Origin: Hydrurus foetidus
Taxonomy: Eukaryota
Direction of reading: 5' to 3'
DNA length: 64,000 nt
Assembly: GCA_900617105.1 (NCBI GenBank)
Contig: UYFQ01000511.1
Span: forward strand, 1 to 64,000
Both the position numbers and the translations under genes were made by a program. Shown here piece after piece: positions 31,130 through 44,484 of this stretch. The notes below the pieces were generated by a model that had not been told where the DNA came from, searched no databases, and saw only the letters and a list, made by a program, of their open reading frames with translations. Numbering within the stretch: position 1 is the first letter of the stretch; every line of letters begins with the position of its first letter.

Positions 31130-32692
31130 TTACTTGGGAGGCTGTGCTGCTACACACACCAAATTGATGCAGTATCTGTTTCCTTTTCTGTCAGGCAGGT
31201 TGTGGCCAAGGTGGGTGCCGTCCACACTGACGCACTCACCGTTGGGCAGACATCGCACGTTCTCCCAGTTTACCTACGACAAAAGAGATGAAACAGTTTC
31301 AGATTGGGATTGGGTAGGGTGAGCATTCAGTAATGAATCCGCGTCAGATGTTGTTCAAAAGCTTCCACAGCGGAATTCCAGAAAGAAGTGTGTGCGCGAT
31401 GCATGAAGTGGCCACGTCATTTTCTCCGTTAATCTACCTCACTGTCTCTGAATGAGGGCCATCCGTGTGATTTACTCTCTGCCTTGAATTCCTCGAAGGT
31501 TCTGCCTCTTGGGGCTGTGTACAAGAGCTTACCGGTTACTGAATCGTAGTAGTTTGTCTCGTTCACTTTGTCGACCTGAGACATTGAATAGGACGATTTG
31601 CCCGTTAAGTATGGTTGTAGACATTGCTTAGTTGTGCGAGCATGAGGCATTATCCTAATAAGGCGAAGGCACCTCCTGCAGAAATGTGGTGGTCTCCCAG
31701 TATCCAGCGTGTTCTGCGTAATGACGGTTGAAACTGCAGATCCTGTGGATGGAGTAGATTGGTCATATAATTCTTTCAGATAAGGAACTTTTAGGGGCAT
31801 CTTTCTCGACGAAGCCGTAACGCGGCGCTTGAGGATGCGAACCTGTCTGCCGTCTCGGTGCTGCACTTCCATCTCAAGTTCGATTGGACAGGAGTGGCGG
31901 AGGTGCCGTGCGCCTATGGGTGGAGTAAAAACGGGTTCAGTGATGATGAAAACTCTCCGTGATACCGTGGCAAAAATAGACTGAGTTAGTGATGATGTGC
32001 CTTACTTTAGGAGACATGACGCTCTCATCGCACACGATAGGGAATTTTGTGGCACCGAGGCTCATTTTCTTGTCCGTGGAGCTGTCAATGTGGGTGGAGG
32101 GCGGAAATGTAAGGCTGTCTACTACATTGTATGACGAACTGTAGTGGTCGAAATCTTTTACATTTCTCGACTAATACCTGCTGAAGGAGATAGCTGAACC
32201 CAGTTTAAACGACTGACTGTCAGTTGGATAAATGAAGAAGACTGTGGGTTAGTTTGCTTAAAAGTCGATTTGAGTCTTCGTTCGACGCGGGTTTTAAGTC
32301 ATGTAATATCACTAGCTGTCAGCATCGATGCCCTCTAATCGCCTATCTTAGGTGTCGACCATATTCTGGATTAAAATCAGACTGAATGTTTTAAGCTGCA
32401 TAGGATAGATCCAGAGTGTCAGGTTCAACTTCGACTTCGTTTCTTATGGTCTGCCTTTGCAGTCATGAAGAAAGTTGACAACCAACCTCCTGGAAGCGGC
32501 ACGAAGACTACAGCGGGTGACAAACATTGAGCTCACTAGTTTTATTCTCTCTACTTAGGGTCACTTGGTTCTTATCACTCTCTTATTTGGACAGAAGAGT
32601 AGTTGCCCACCAGCTGGTTTCCGAAGTTGAACTCACCTCGAGATGAGAGCGACACCGAGAAGAAGGGTTGCCGTTGCAATTACTCGTAGCAT
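31130..32692 (-). CDS. Methionine-R-sulfoxide reductase (MsrB/SelR)-like protein, multi-exon
   Basis: HGWPSF, GTHLGH, RYCIN; exons traced back to the ATG at 32065. An upstream signal-peptide exon (32637-32692) splices in frame but is less certain. Confidence 0.8.
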
Positions 32693-34061
32693 TTGTTTGG
32701 AACTTTCTGAACTCTCACTTTGATTTTGCAATTGATGCGGAGTTGTCATAAAGTTGTATACATGGTTTCGATCGATCTCTCGACCTTCTCTGATCTGCTG
32801 ACGTTTCGATTCTGGAGAAGCTTCATCCCACATCATCGGAAACCGTGCCTGGAACTTGGATCCACCCCAACAGTGGAACGAACGTATTCTGTATTCTGTC
32901 AGGAGACGATAGATAGATAGATAGGTATACTTCAGTATCAAATGCTGACATACACTACATTGAGTTTCCGATTTCCGCGCTTTCCTCTATGTTGAATTTT
33001 GCATCCATCGATCTGATCTTACTGCTGTCGGAACTAGTTTATTCCGAAAAGCTTCCCTCCTTGAGATTCATGGAACTGAGATGACATCTTGGAAAAATAT
33101 TCGTGATTTAATTTCGACAGGATGTTGCGCGAGCTTTATTTGTGATTTTCTTTCAGTTTGCGACTTCAATGCATTATTTGTCAAGATTGAATCATCACAT
33201 ATGTGCAACAAGTAAAAATACATCGCTCGAAATTCGAATGTTAACAAGTCATGAACGACAATGATTCATCTGAAATCTCATCCCGCATCGCTATTTCCTG
33301 ATCTTCAGCACAATTCCCTGAATTTGCCCTTACTCTCCGTCCGGTTTGTGGTGTCGTCTACTAGAGCGATATCCATATGTATTCCAGGTACTCCAGATCA
33401 CTCCAGTAAGGTGTACGTAGAGAGTATAGGAGACAATACTTTTCTCTCTGAATGATAATTGAAAAAGTGTGAAATCGAGAGGATAGGCAATAGATCGATT
33501 TAAGCATTTTATGAAAATATGAAGGGCAATTGTTGAAAGCTTCATATTAACTGTATCAAATGAAAAATGAAAATAGTTTTATACCGTATGGAACAGTGAA
33601 CAGTACTGGCAGTACGTGCAGTACAGTTCTGAAAGGGATTGTCGATTGTAGAGGTCCCAGGTCAGAGGTCAGCGTCTCCGTGCGCGTCTCCTCTCGAAAT
33701 AGTGGTGAATATTCGGGATCCCCCCGATCTATCCAACTTTAGTCAAATAATGAGAAGTCATCAAAAAATTCAGCAAGTTTTCCGATCGTGGTGCTACCTC
33801 ACGCAGCCTCTTACCAACGACACCGATGTCGCTTCTGCCACCGAGAAGATCCAGAGAAGCTTGAACTGCTGTCCACAATTTCGTCAGGAGAACTACAGAA
33901 TATTTTCTTTTAAAAGCAGACATCTATGGGTGACCGATTTGAAATGAGATTTGCGCAGAAAATTCTTGAATAAGAAAAACTCGCAAACTTTTGATATCTA
34001 GCAAGTCTCATCTCTACCGACCTGGCCGTCGGCGGATGATAGACTCTGTCATGAGTCTGTA

Positions 34062-37000
34062 ATGACCAAAGATATGCCATTTCCTCAACAATTTAGTCCT
34101 GACAGTGAGATGGATAGTGTTAATAAGTCCGGGATGTCAAGCAAACACAATGATCTCATCTTATCTGCGAAAGCATTACTGCGTGCACACAATAAAAGGA
34201 ACGGCAGTGACGGTAGCATTGATACACGTTGCATGGGAGAATCACCTCCTGTATTATCACCTCCTTCATTGAGTCGCCAAAGTAGCCGTCAGAATGAGAA
34301 TATACCACACCTCCAGAAGAAATCATCGAAGGAGCCAAAGAAACAGAAGGAAGTTGTGATGTCATATAAAATAAATTGCGTTTCTGATATCTCAGCAATA
34401 TTATGCACTGTTGAAGTCGACCTTAAGGTATCATCCGCAAGATCAACTATATTTCAACAATAAACTTAAGCATTCCTGTCAACGTTCATGATTTTGCTAA
34501 CTGTACTACGATGTTGCTCCTGTGAATAGGTGTTTTTCCACTGGTGTGACGAAGCGCTGATAGGTCGGAAGAATGGAACGACAATAATTGCAGGGGAAGA
34601 AAAAGGTTTCTACAAATAGATTGCTTACAATCTTGCTGCATGTTCCATAGATAATATCTGAAATTGAGAATTGTCTTGACTTTTTTTCGTGCGCTGTTTT
34701 TACTGCAGGTCTGTTCGATCCCGACATCGTGATTTCGAACGAACACAATATATCGGAAGTATCATCAGTCGCGAAAGTCACAAACTCAGAAACTGGTAAG
34801 ATCATCTAATTACGTGAAAATTGCTATTATGATATCTGTTTTTGTGCTTCATAGTATTTGGCAGTTAATTGAAGGTGATACGTGGACATCTATGCAATGA
34901 ATGCTGCAGTCAAATACAGTCAGTAAACTCCACTCCCCCACATATTTCAACATCAGGCGAAGTGAAATGTTCCAAGCATTATAAAGGCACTGTTTTTCTT
35001 ACAAGCATGGATCTCAGACTATTTCCATTTGACTGTCAAAATCTGCAGGTAATTTCGGAGCTTTTATTTACCGCGTTTAATTTTCTCTGATTAAATTGAC
35101 CACAATCACTCGTCACAATCACACTCACCACTTATGCTGACATTCTCAACTCCATACCTCTTATTGATTATCCACCTTTAATTCTTTATTCTTAATTCCT
35201 ATGTTAGATATGTTTCAAGCCATACAAGAAATCTATTGACGAGGTGCGTACGTGCGTGATTTACACGAGGGTGATGAGGATGCATCTCTCTGCACTGCAC
35301 TGCACTGCACTGCATTGTCACTCCGCAAATTCAGTACATTACACCGCAGTAAAAAAAAAGAAGGCCGAATGACGAAGTAATCACGTCGCTACTCTGAAGC
35401 AAAATCTAAATGATCATGATTTCGTCACCGTATCATATCATATCATATTACCTTCACCACACTCGCTCACCCACCCAACTGTTTTCATTTCTTGTCTTTT
35501 ACTGTAGGTGATAATGATAAGATCGGATCCAGCAGAGTGTGCGATGGAAAGTCGAATCGCGCATGAGTGGGATATATTGGGTGAGAGAATGCTGCTGCGA
35601 TAGAACCAAGTTAGCAATATGTACTGCTGAGAAGTGTTGTGTTGATTTGTGGCTTAGTACACATAGTCCTGCATCTTTACTTCACGCAGTTGCAGTAGTG
35701 GAGCAGCGTATACTCGCACTCATAGTTACAGATACCGTACAGCACAAATGCTCTCAGTTACAGTTACCGTGTAGCGGCCATCACTTGGCAGAAGTTGCAC
35801 AGTATTACTGAATATAGACAATTATACATTTGACTGGGGCGGTACAGCAGCAAGTACGGTACCGTTCAGCGCATGCAGATTGTGAATTCCCAGTCATGGT
35901 GATTCAGATGCGTCTTCGTTATCTGAGAAATGTGAAGCTACCTGATGACGACATCTTTCATGTAAACGGCATCCTGAGTTACGCCTATATCTCAAAGAGC
36001 AAGCAGCGCACAGACTGATTAACAGTACAGTTTAGCGTCTTGAGAAATACAAACATTTCGTACGTACGTACGTGAAGTGTGGATCATGAACTTGATTCCG
36101 GAATTGTCAAAATCTTTCTTCCACGGTTTACATTGTGTTGAACATTTAGCAAACAGCTACTTCAGTTATCTATGATGCAGCTGTGTAAGATCTAAGATGA
36201 TAAAAGGCGGTCCATAGAATGATATTCTGTCGTGTGGAAGTGTTTTATTTACCGGTGAATGTCTGAAATTATTTACTCCTTTTAAAAGACTGTGAGACAC
36301 GTATATTAGACCCTGTAATCTTCGTAGGGATTGGCAGCGTCCACAGAAAAATCCCTCTTCATTGCTGTATAGAGCCTCTCCATCTCCTTCTCTTTGCCTC
36401 CCTCTTTGATCATAACTTTCCCCCTATCCGCTCCCTCTAACAACCTCATATCATAATACATCAATGCACACTAGGACATTGCATGAAAGTGTTCGAAACG
36501 GACCCTCTTACCTCCTCCACGAAAAAAGTCTACAGTACGATTTATTTAACCGTTCTCACTAGACGGAAAGCCGGGTGGTTTGTGGCCAACATATTTGTTC
36601 CTACTTTTCTCATGCTAGTTGTGTCTTGGCTGACCTTCATCTATGAGCCACACGGTACGTACGTCCGCATGTATTGATACTTTCCCATACCATGCTATAC
36701 TACACCGCACCACAGAATACTACACTGCACGGCACTACACTGCGCTACATAACGATGCGCTATACTACAAGCACACTGCACTTTACAAGACAAGTACGAC
36801 CACTATCTGATGACAAGACTCTACTTATTGGTTGGCTGGCTCCATTGCATCAATAGAGCCAACAAGTGCCATATCTCCCTGCACCCATTTCTCTCTCATG
36901 CTTTTTCTCCACCTTCACCCAATCATATCCCCTTTTATTTCTTCACATTATTGAATCCCTTTAGGTGCTAGATCGGATAGAAATGACGTGTCTATGTCCA

Positions 37001-40000
37001 CGCTACTTCTCTCCATCTCAAACAAGTAAGTACAGCACACTGTAGCACAGTACAGTAGAGTACAGTATAATTCGGTACAGCACAGTGTAGTACAGTAGAG
37101 TAGAGTACAGTACAATTCGGCACAGAACAGTACAGCACAGTGTAGTACGCACCGTGAGTGATAAACACTTTCGGATCTGCTAGGAATATCATACGAATGA
37201 TATATCAATCTGGATCACTTGATAACCCCCTTCCTCCCCTCCCCTGTCATCTCACCCCCCTCGATCCTCTTTCCCTCCCCCATCATCTCACCTCCCTCCA
37301 TTCCCTCACCTCCCTCCTCACCCCATCCCCTCTATCTTTGCCCCTTCCCTTTCCCTGTCATCTCACCCCCTGTTAGGTTTGTCGTGGGAGACGCTATGCC
37401 TAAAGTGGATTACCGCACTCTGGTGGACATATACGTGGACACGTGTTTCTATCTTCAAGTCCTGACCATGCTCGCTAATGCAGGTAATTTGAATCTACTT
37501 CTACATTCATATTTTTTATCAATATTAACTTTTAGCAATTTTGATATTTATGTAATTAGCAATAAGCGTTTTCAAAATTTCTTCAATTGCAATGTTTATA
37601 CCAGCATCTGCATCATTAATTATATATTCATATCAACATCAATGCTATCTATGATAATTACACTGCCTCCTGTGCACTCCTTCAGTCGTTGAAAAATATC
37701 AGGACGTGCCATTTCTGGGGACTTTCGGACGACATTTAAATCTTTCTTTTTTTCTATTGGAGTTGGTGGCTGCGTTCTGCTTGCATGAGTGGTTCTTCGT
37801 TAGTCTCTGGAATCACAGGTTCGAAGTCCATCCACTTCATGACAACAGACCGACTTCGCACTGACTGACTCACCGACTGACTGACTTATGCGCTCAGCGA
37901 CAGGCTGATAGGCCACATGTTGCTGCCTTCCAAGATATCCATACATTTTAATCATTGGCTATAAGAGTGTTTACATCCATCTCTATTTCTACTGCACATA
38001 CCGACAGTCTGAATCTCTCCTTTAGACCTTCTTTATCTCTATACTCTTTACTTCCCAGGGCTGATATTCTGGACTGGGTGGAGGCCAGCAAGAACAACGA
38101 TATGGACACAGACGCAGTCTCGGAAGCATCCGAACCCATAGCAGAAGTGGTCGACAAAGGGAACAGATCACGATTAAATCAACGCTCTGACAGCTTAACT
38201 ACGTACTTGAATACGAACAGGAATGTGAACACGAGTACGAATGTGGGTAGTGCATTGGACTCTTCTACTATATCCAGTGCCACCCCTCCCTCTCTCACCT
38301 CTATGTCAAAGATGCCCATTCTACCGTCAGAACATAATGGAGCGGAGAGCGCCAGTCCAGGCATTGCATTTGAAGAGCCTCTATTCAAATTCGCTCTGGG
38401 AGTGAGACGCAGAAGAAGTTCAAGCACTTACAGTAGCACACACGCACTCGCACACTTACAGAGAGAGGAAGAAGGAGAAGGAGAGGGAATGAGGGAGGGA
38501 GACAATGAGACCCGTCCTAGCTCTGGCTTATTCACCCCTGAGAGAATGGAAGGGAACGAAGTACCCACTCTTTCTGAGTTTCGCAGCTCCTCTGTCTCCC
38601 CTTTACAAGTAGATTTCGACACCCCCACACCGTCTACCAACGGCGCATGTTCCCCTCTCTCTCCCCTCCTCCAAGGCATCATGCATAAGGGCGTGTCACT
38701 GAAGCCCCTGCAAAGAGAAGCTCAGCACTCATCATCAACCTTTGCATCATCCACATCCTCCTTCTTCACCACTACCGGTGCTAGACTGCATAAAAAGACA
38801 AGATACAACAAGAACAGCTCTGACATGCTCTCCCCACTAGTTGCACGTCAGGGTTCAAAAGAGGCGTACAAAACGAGACCAAGAAGAGTCAGCAGTGTCG
38901 CCACTCTACTGGGCATTATAGAACGTGTAACGGGCCCTTCTTCCCTTTGGACCAACAGTAGACTTAACTCCCCCCCAGGATCGGGGTCATCTGCAGAAGA
39001 AGGATCAGTGAGAAGACTTTCTAGTCCACATTTCACTGATTTTGGTACGTCATTCATTCACTCTTGTACACTACTAATATTATGCAATTGAATTGAATTG
39101 AATTGAATTGAATTGAATTGAATTGGACGGATTCAGTTTTCTTCACATCTTGTAGTGCCTCTGTGCACTACTACGTGTGGAGGCCAGTAACGTAACATAA
39201 CATAACCTAACATGTCTGAACATAGTGACGCATAACATATCATATCATGATATATCGAAACATAAAATCACAACGTAACATTCAAAACATGACGTATCAA
39301 TACACAACATTCTCTCAGGGGCGTCAGGCGTGACACCGGTGTCGCACTCTTCGACAGTTTCCATCAATGAAGCTAGGAGGCTGCAGTCAAATATGCATAT
39401 AGAAAGAGTGAGTGGAGCATGCGTGTGTGTGTATGTGTCTGTCTATCTACCTATCTGTTTATCTGTTTATCTGTATTTCCATCTATTTTGCCATCTCAGC
39501 AGAACTCATCCTTACACTTGATACTTTCAAACACGATGAATTCATCAGCACCACATCTGACATCACTCCACTTCCCTTCACATCACATCACTTCACCTCT
39601 CTTCACTTCTTTTCTCATCACTTCACGTCACTTCACTTCACTTCACCTCTCTTCACTTCACGTCACTTCACAACTCTTCCTCTATTGCAACACAGGCGAA
39701 TGTGGTGTCTGAGATGTTTAAAAGAACAGCAAGCAGGGCAAACCTACGGGAGGCCCTCGCTCAAAGAAGAGAAAGAAAAATAGAAAGGGAAAAAAAAAAT
39801 GAGCATTTCGAATCTGATTTGAAGCCAGTGAGAGGCATCAGTTCGAACAGTTACTTTGGAAGTGGGAATCGAGAGGAAAAAGAAGTCAGTGCGTCAGACC
39901 TGCACTACGCTACGTGGGAGGAGAAAGAGGAAGCTGAGATTCTTAACATGGCAGCTAAAGTCTTGCAGCAAAGATGGAGATATACCAGGTGAGGCGCAAT

Positions 40001-40996
40001 GTTTAAAAAAAATTGAAAACCATATTGTGCATGGTGTCTATATTTTATAGAATTCTTTTTTTGAAGAGGACAAGCTGTTTTCTCTAATCTGTGCTGTAAA
40101 TGTCTATCGGAAATCAAGCTTACCTTATCTCACCCTACTCTAACCCACCTTACCGCACCTTACCTCACCATACCATAGCCTACGTAACCATATCATACCC
40201 TACCCTACCTTATCTCCGACTACTGAACTCGACATGATCTTGGATGTCGCTAGTTACTTCATCAGTTCCATATCTGCACTGTCTTCATTCCTTGCTTATG
40301 GCACGTACATTCAATGCTGCCACACAACATCTTCTATGCTGCCTTCCGTGCCTTCACCCTCAAAACAATGACGTCACCCTCGTCCTCACAACAATGACGT
40401 CACCCTCGTCCTCACAACAATGACGTCACCCTCGTCCTCACAACAATGACGTCACCCTCGTCCTCACAACAATGACGTCACCCTCGACGTCACTCTCACC
40501 CTCACAACAATGACGTCACCCTCGTCCTCACAACAATGACGTCACTCTCACGTCCACCCTCGTCCTCACAACAATGACGTCACCCTCGTCCTCATCCTCA
40601 CAACAATGACGTCACCCTCGTCCTCACAACAATGACGTCACCCTCGTCCTCACAACAATGACGTCACCCTCGTCCTCACAACAATGACGTCACTCTCGTC
40701 CTCACAGGGCCAGGAGGCAGTTACTAGTACTCAATAATCTGAGGGACCAAGCGTTGCTGGAGGGATACGCTTGTCGAATCCAACGCACTTTCCGCCTTCG
40801 CAGAGTACTCAAAACTATCAGACAAAATAGAGAAAAGGTGCGTGATGACATACTATGCCGCTTCTCCATTTTCCTTCACGACATTTTACATTCTTACAGT
40901 GACACAATTTAATATATTATCGTCTTATCATTTACATTATACATTTTTTGATTTTTTAGCTTGCTGCACAGAATCGGGAGAAAAAGTAGCAGTTGA
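34062..40996 (+). CDS. Cys-less pentameric ligand-gated ion channel subunit with long C-terminal tail bearing two IQ motifs, ~15 exons
   Basis: FHWCD, LFDPDIVISN, MDLRLFPFDCQ, HEW, RRKAGWFVANIFVP (pre-M1/M1), DRNDVSMSTLL (M2), MPKVDYRTLVD (M2-M3 loop), M3, M4; all exons join by GT-AG in consistent phase. Confidence 0.88.
39086..39125. repeat. (AATTG)8 intronic microsatellite
   Basis: Direct reading. Confidence 0.95.
40365..40707. repeat. Intronic minisatellite, 26-bp unit ACAATGACGTCACCCTCGTCCTCACA, 12-13 copies
   Basis: TGACGTCA at 40369, 40395, 40421, 40447, 40473, 40511, 40537, 40575, 40607, 40633, 40659, 40685. Confidence 0.97.
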
Positions 40997-41694
40997 TGGA
41001 AAAGTAGGAAGGGGAAACAAGAGATCGAACAGGAAATCTTTTGCGGCAGAAATCGATGATTTCACAGTACGGATTTTTCTACGGGAAAAAAGTGTACTTC
41101 ACATTTAGGTTATTTCCAGATAACTTGAAAGGAACTACATGCTATATTCATTATTCTGATTTATTGAATTGTTCGGTTATATTGGATGGTTAGAATAGAA
41201 AAAGGATTTTCTTCGAATCGGAACAATTCAGTGGTCATATTGAATGCATTACTCCTGTTGAAGTTGCCCACATATTTCATGTCATTTGACGTTAAAAACA
41301 AACAGGTAAAGAGATCGCAACCTTCATCACAAATTTGGATGAATGGTCGACATCCAACTTGCCTACAGACTGGATTGGATGATGTAGCTTCTTTCGAAGT
41401 AAAAGGTATAAGCGCCCTTGGTAGAAAGTGTGGTGACCTGATCCTCACAGAAATGGGTCATCGTCCAACACCAACGAAACGAGCAACAGGAGTTTGATCG
41501 AGGCGGAACAATACTTTTGAAAGTAATTCTAACAGCAACTGGTCAAAGACTTGGTTGCTAAAACAAGTGATCACTTCAACATTGACTTGTAGGATCAACA
41601 AGAGATTCAATTGGCTTAAAGGCCGTGCAGACTTAACGACGCAGAAAATACTCAGTGGCGATTCAAGTAGCTCAATTCTCGAAGTTCTGTAGCG

Positions 41695-43648
41695 ATGTTC
41701 CTATACCTCTTTGTGCTCGCGTGCACCTGCATCAACGGATCAAATGCTGGGCGGCTAATGAAATCAATTCGAAGTGCCGCAGCTGCGACTCCAGTAGCCC
41801 CACTAATTACCAAAAGTACGCCAGCAGTACAAATCGATAAAAAGGTAGATGGGAGCGCGACATCACCGTTGATTGTAGAGAAAGAGAAATCGACAATTCC
41901 AAGCAACTATTTGCTGACAGTCTGCGAGGCAGGTGAAGAGAAAGCCTTGAAAGCAGAGATTGCCAAGAATCATCCTTCACTCAGATTAGCCTTCAGTCGT
42001 CCTGGGTTCGTAACGTTCAAGCTACCACAATCAGCAACAGCAACAGTGGAAGATGTCGAAGCTAACAAGAAAGTAGCAGCATCCTATCCTCTCAACGCAG
42101 TTTATGCACGACAATTTGCAGCATCGCTGGGATCCTCACTCCTAATAGATGACGTCATCGTGAAGGCGAAAGCGTTACTAGCTTCCGATCCAGATTCTAC
42201 CAAGAGGCTAAGATTGCATGTTTGGGGAAGAAGTGAGGTTATGCCTGCTGCTGGTCATCCTCTCGCTATTGGAGCTGCGAAGATGAGGGTGAATCAGATT
42301 CGCGAGCTGTTGCTAGGATGTGACGATGCAGCATCTCTTTGGCTGCCCTGCCATGACGCAGAGTCAGCCGCTGCAACCGCATCAGACAGCAGCAGCAGCA
42401 TAGATGACAGTAGAGACATTGCAAGAGAAGGAGAACACGTGTTTGACGTCATCGTGCCCACGGGTCCATTCATCTCAGAAGCCCTTCACATCGGCCACCA
42501 CATGCACTTCTCAGCACCCAGAACATCACCTCACATGATCGGACACTCAGCATGGCCGGGGGGCAATCCTAAGGTTGTTCTGCCCCAGGAGGCGCCTTCT
42601 AGGGCGTACTTGAAAATAGAGGAGGCCCTCAGGTGATCATAATTTCTTTTCTTCTGCTTCTCGCAGCAGTGATATATCGAACTTCAGTCACTTCATAACT
42701 TACCCAACCACGAATTCCAACACTAGATTAAAAGATGAAGTAGTATTACACAATCAACCAAATATGCCACCTCATTTCGATGAACCTGTAGGTGGTCAGG
42801 AGTAACTCTTAAAGGAGGAGATACTGCTGTTGAAATTGGCAGTGCGCCTGGTGGAGCCTCTTATGCACTGTTGAAAAGAGGTAGTGAAATGGGTCACATC
42901 ACATTGTTTTACAAATCCCTGCATCAATCCTCAAGCGGTTGAATACTTATTTCTTTCATGGCAAAAGTATTGTTTTTCGGTTTGCGTTGTCTCCGCGGAG
43001 TCATCACTCGATAGGTCGCATAACTGCAAGTGTTGAATCCCGAGGGTCAGTTCTGTTGACCATCTATCTCTACAAAACTGTCGCAGATTTGGGAGAAAGT
43101 GCACTATAAAGCGACTACTTTGATGTACCTGTACACAATTTTGCTGACTTTTTGTAAGTCGTTGCTTGTATTTTCATCTAACAAACTTCTCACCTGTGCA
43201 TCTGTGTGTATGCTATGTTGCAGGCTTGACAGTAGTCGGTATTGATCCTTGTCCACAAGACAGACAGCACAACTCCATCGTCTCAATGCATCCAAAATTC
43301 ACACACCTACGAATGCGCTTATCCGGAGTAAAAAGAAATCAACTTCCAGCGAAAGTAGAATGGTTGCTGTGCGATGCGAACATCAGTCCTGGCAGTGCAT
43401 TAGTGCATCTCAGCGATATGGTGTGCAATCTATCAGCCGGGTCGGATGGTCAGTCGTTCTGTGGAATGTTCTTAACAGCAAAACTAGGAGACACTTCAGA
43501 GCCCATTCCTGAAATCTTACAAAGGGTCAGGGATATAGGAAGGGGGGTGTTTACAACTATAGGGGCTGTACACCTTCCCTCAAACGGTCAAGAAATATGT
43601 GTAGTTGCCCTCACTAAGACAGGAGCAGCAAGAAGAAGTCTGTGTTGA
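41695..43648 (+). CDS. RlmM-like FtsJ/RrmJ-fold rRNA 2'-O-methyltransferase with N-terminal signal peptide, 3 exons
   Basis: APSRAYLKIEEAL, EIGSAPGG, VVGIDP, WLLCD, TAKL, QEI (K-D-K-E tetrad); introns 42633-42791 and 42882-43223. Confidence 0.85.
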
Positions 43649-44484
43649 GGTTCAAGTTGAAGTATGTAGCAGATTCTTAAATTACAAATGCCTTTGTTGA
43701 TTCAAACATCGAGGTCAATCTCTGTCACCTCGATCTGTAATGCACTCATGAAAGCATGCATTATCCTGTAGTGACGATTGTTTCACTTGACTTCCACCTA
43801 GGAGTTGTCTGTCTGTTTGTTTGTACAGAACAGTACGTGAAAGAACTTGTAGACTGACTCTCCATACATGAATGACAGTTGTTGTTTATATGATCCCCAA
43901 AAATGTCCTGTCCTGTCCATTCCTGTTATGTCCCATTTGTTTCCATAAAGCAGGGGAAAAAGAACATAGGACGAAACAAGTAAGAAAACGTACATACTGT
44001 AAATGAACATCTTAAAGTACAGCGGTTCTTGGACCGTTGAGAGCGTGCGTGTGCGTGATTGTGGAAAATATTGTTATCGATGGACTGACTCTGTATCGTT
44101 GATTCTAGTTGGAGGGAAGGAGAATGGGAGAAAGGGAAAGAATGGCAATAGTACGGTACGACACGATGCGTTCTGATAATCTACTGTACTGAACTGTCCT
44201 TTCCTTCAAGCAATAGGATGGGAGAGTAGTGCAGCGTAGAGTGTTGGATATAGGAAAGGGGGTTGGAGAGGTGGATCGTAGCCGCTGAGTACCGAGTAAG
44301 AGGAATCCCTTCTCCTCTTATCATCTTTCTTTCTTCAGTACTGTGATGCGATGCTCCTCGCGATCTACAGTACTGGCCGCATGTGTGTACGTACACTAGG
44401 CAAGCTGACATCTCGAGCCTCACGACATCCACATCTTTACTACAGTGAGCGATGACGTTACAGTTCAGTGTGAAGCTTAGTTTG

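Noticed and set aside
33261..33947. Short ORFs between the MsrB-like and pLGIC genes
   Set aside because: No motifs or coherent splice chain; probably promoter or UTR, though a 5' exon cannot be excluded.
36690..37372. ORFs over pentamer-rich and C/T-rich stretches
   Set aside because: Low-complexity intron sequence between pLGIC exons; similar tracts occur in other introns.
40365..40707. CRISPR-like array with palindromic repeat
   Set aside because: Units are head-to-tail with no unique spacers, lie in a eukaryotic intron, and no cas genes are present.
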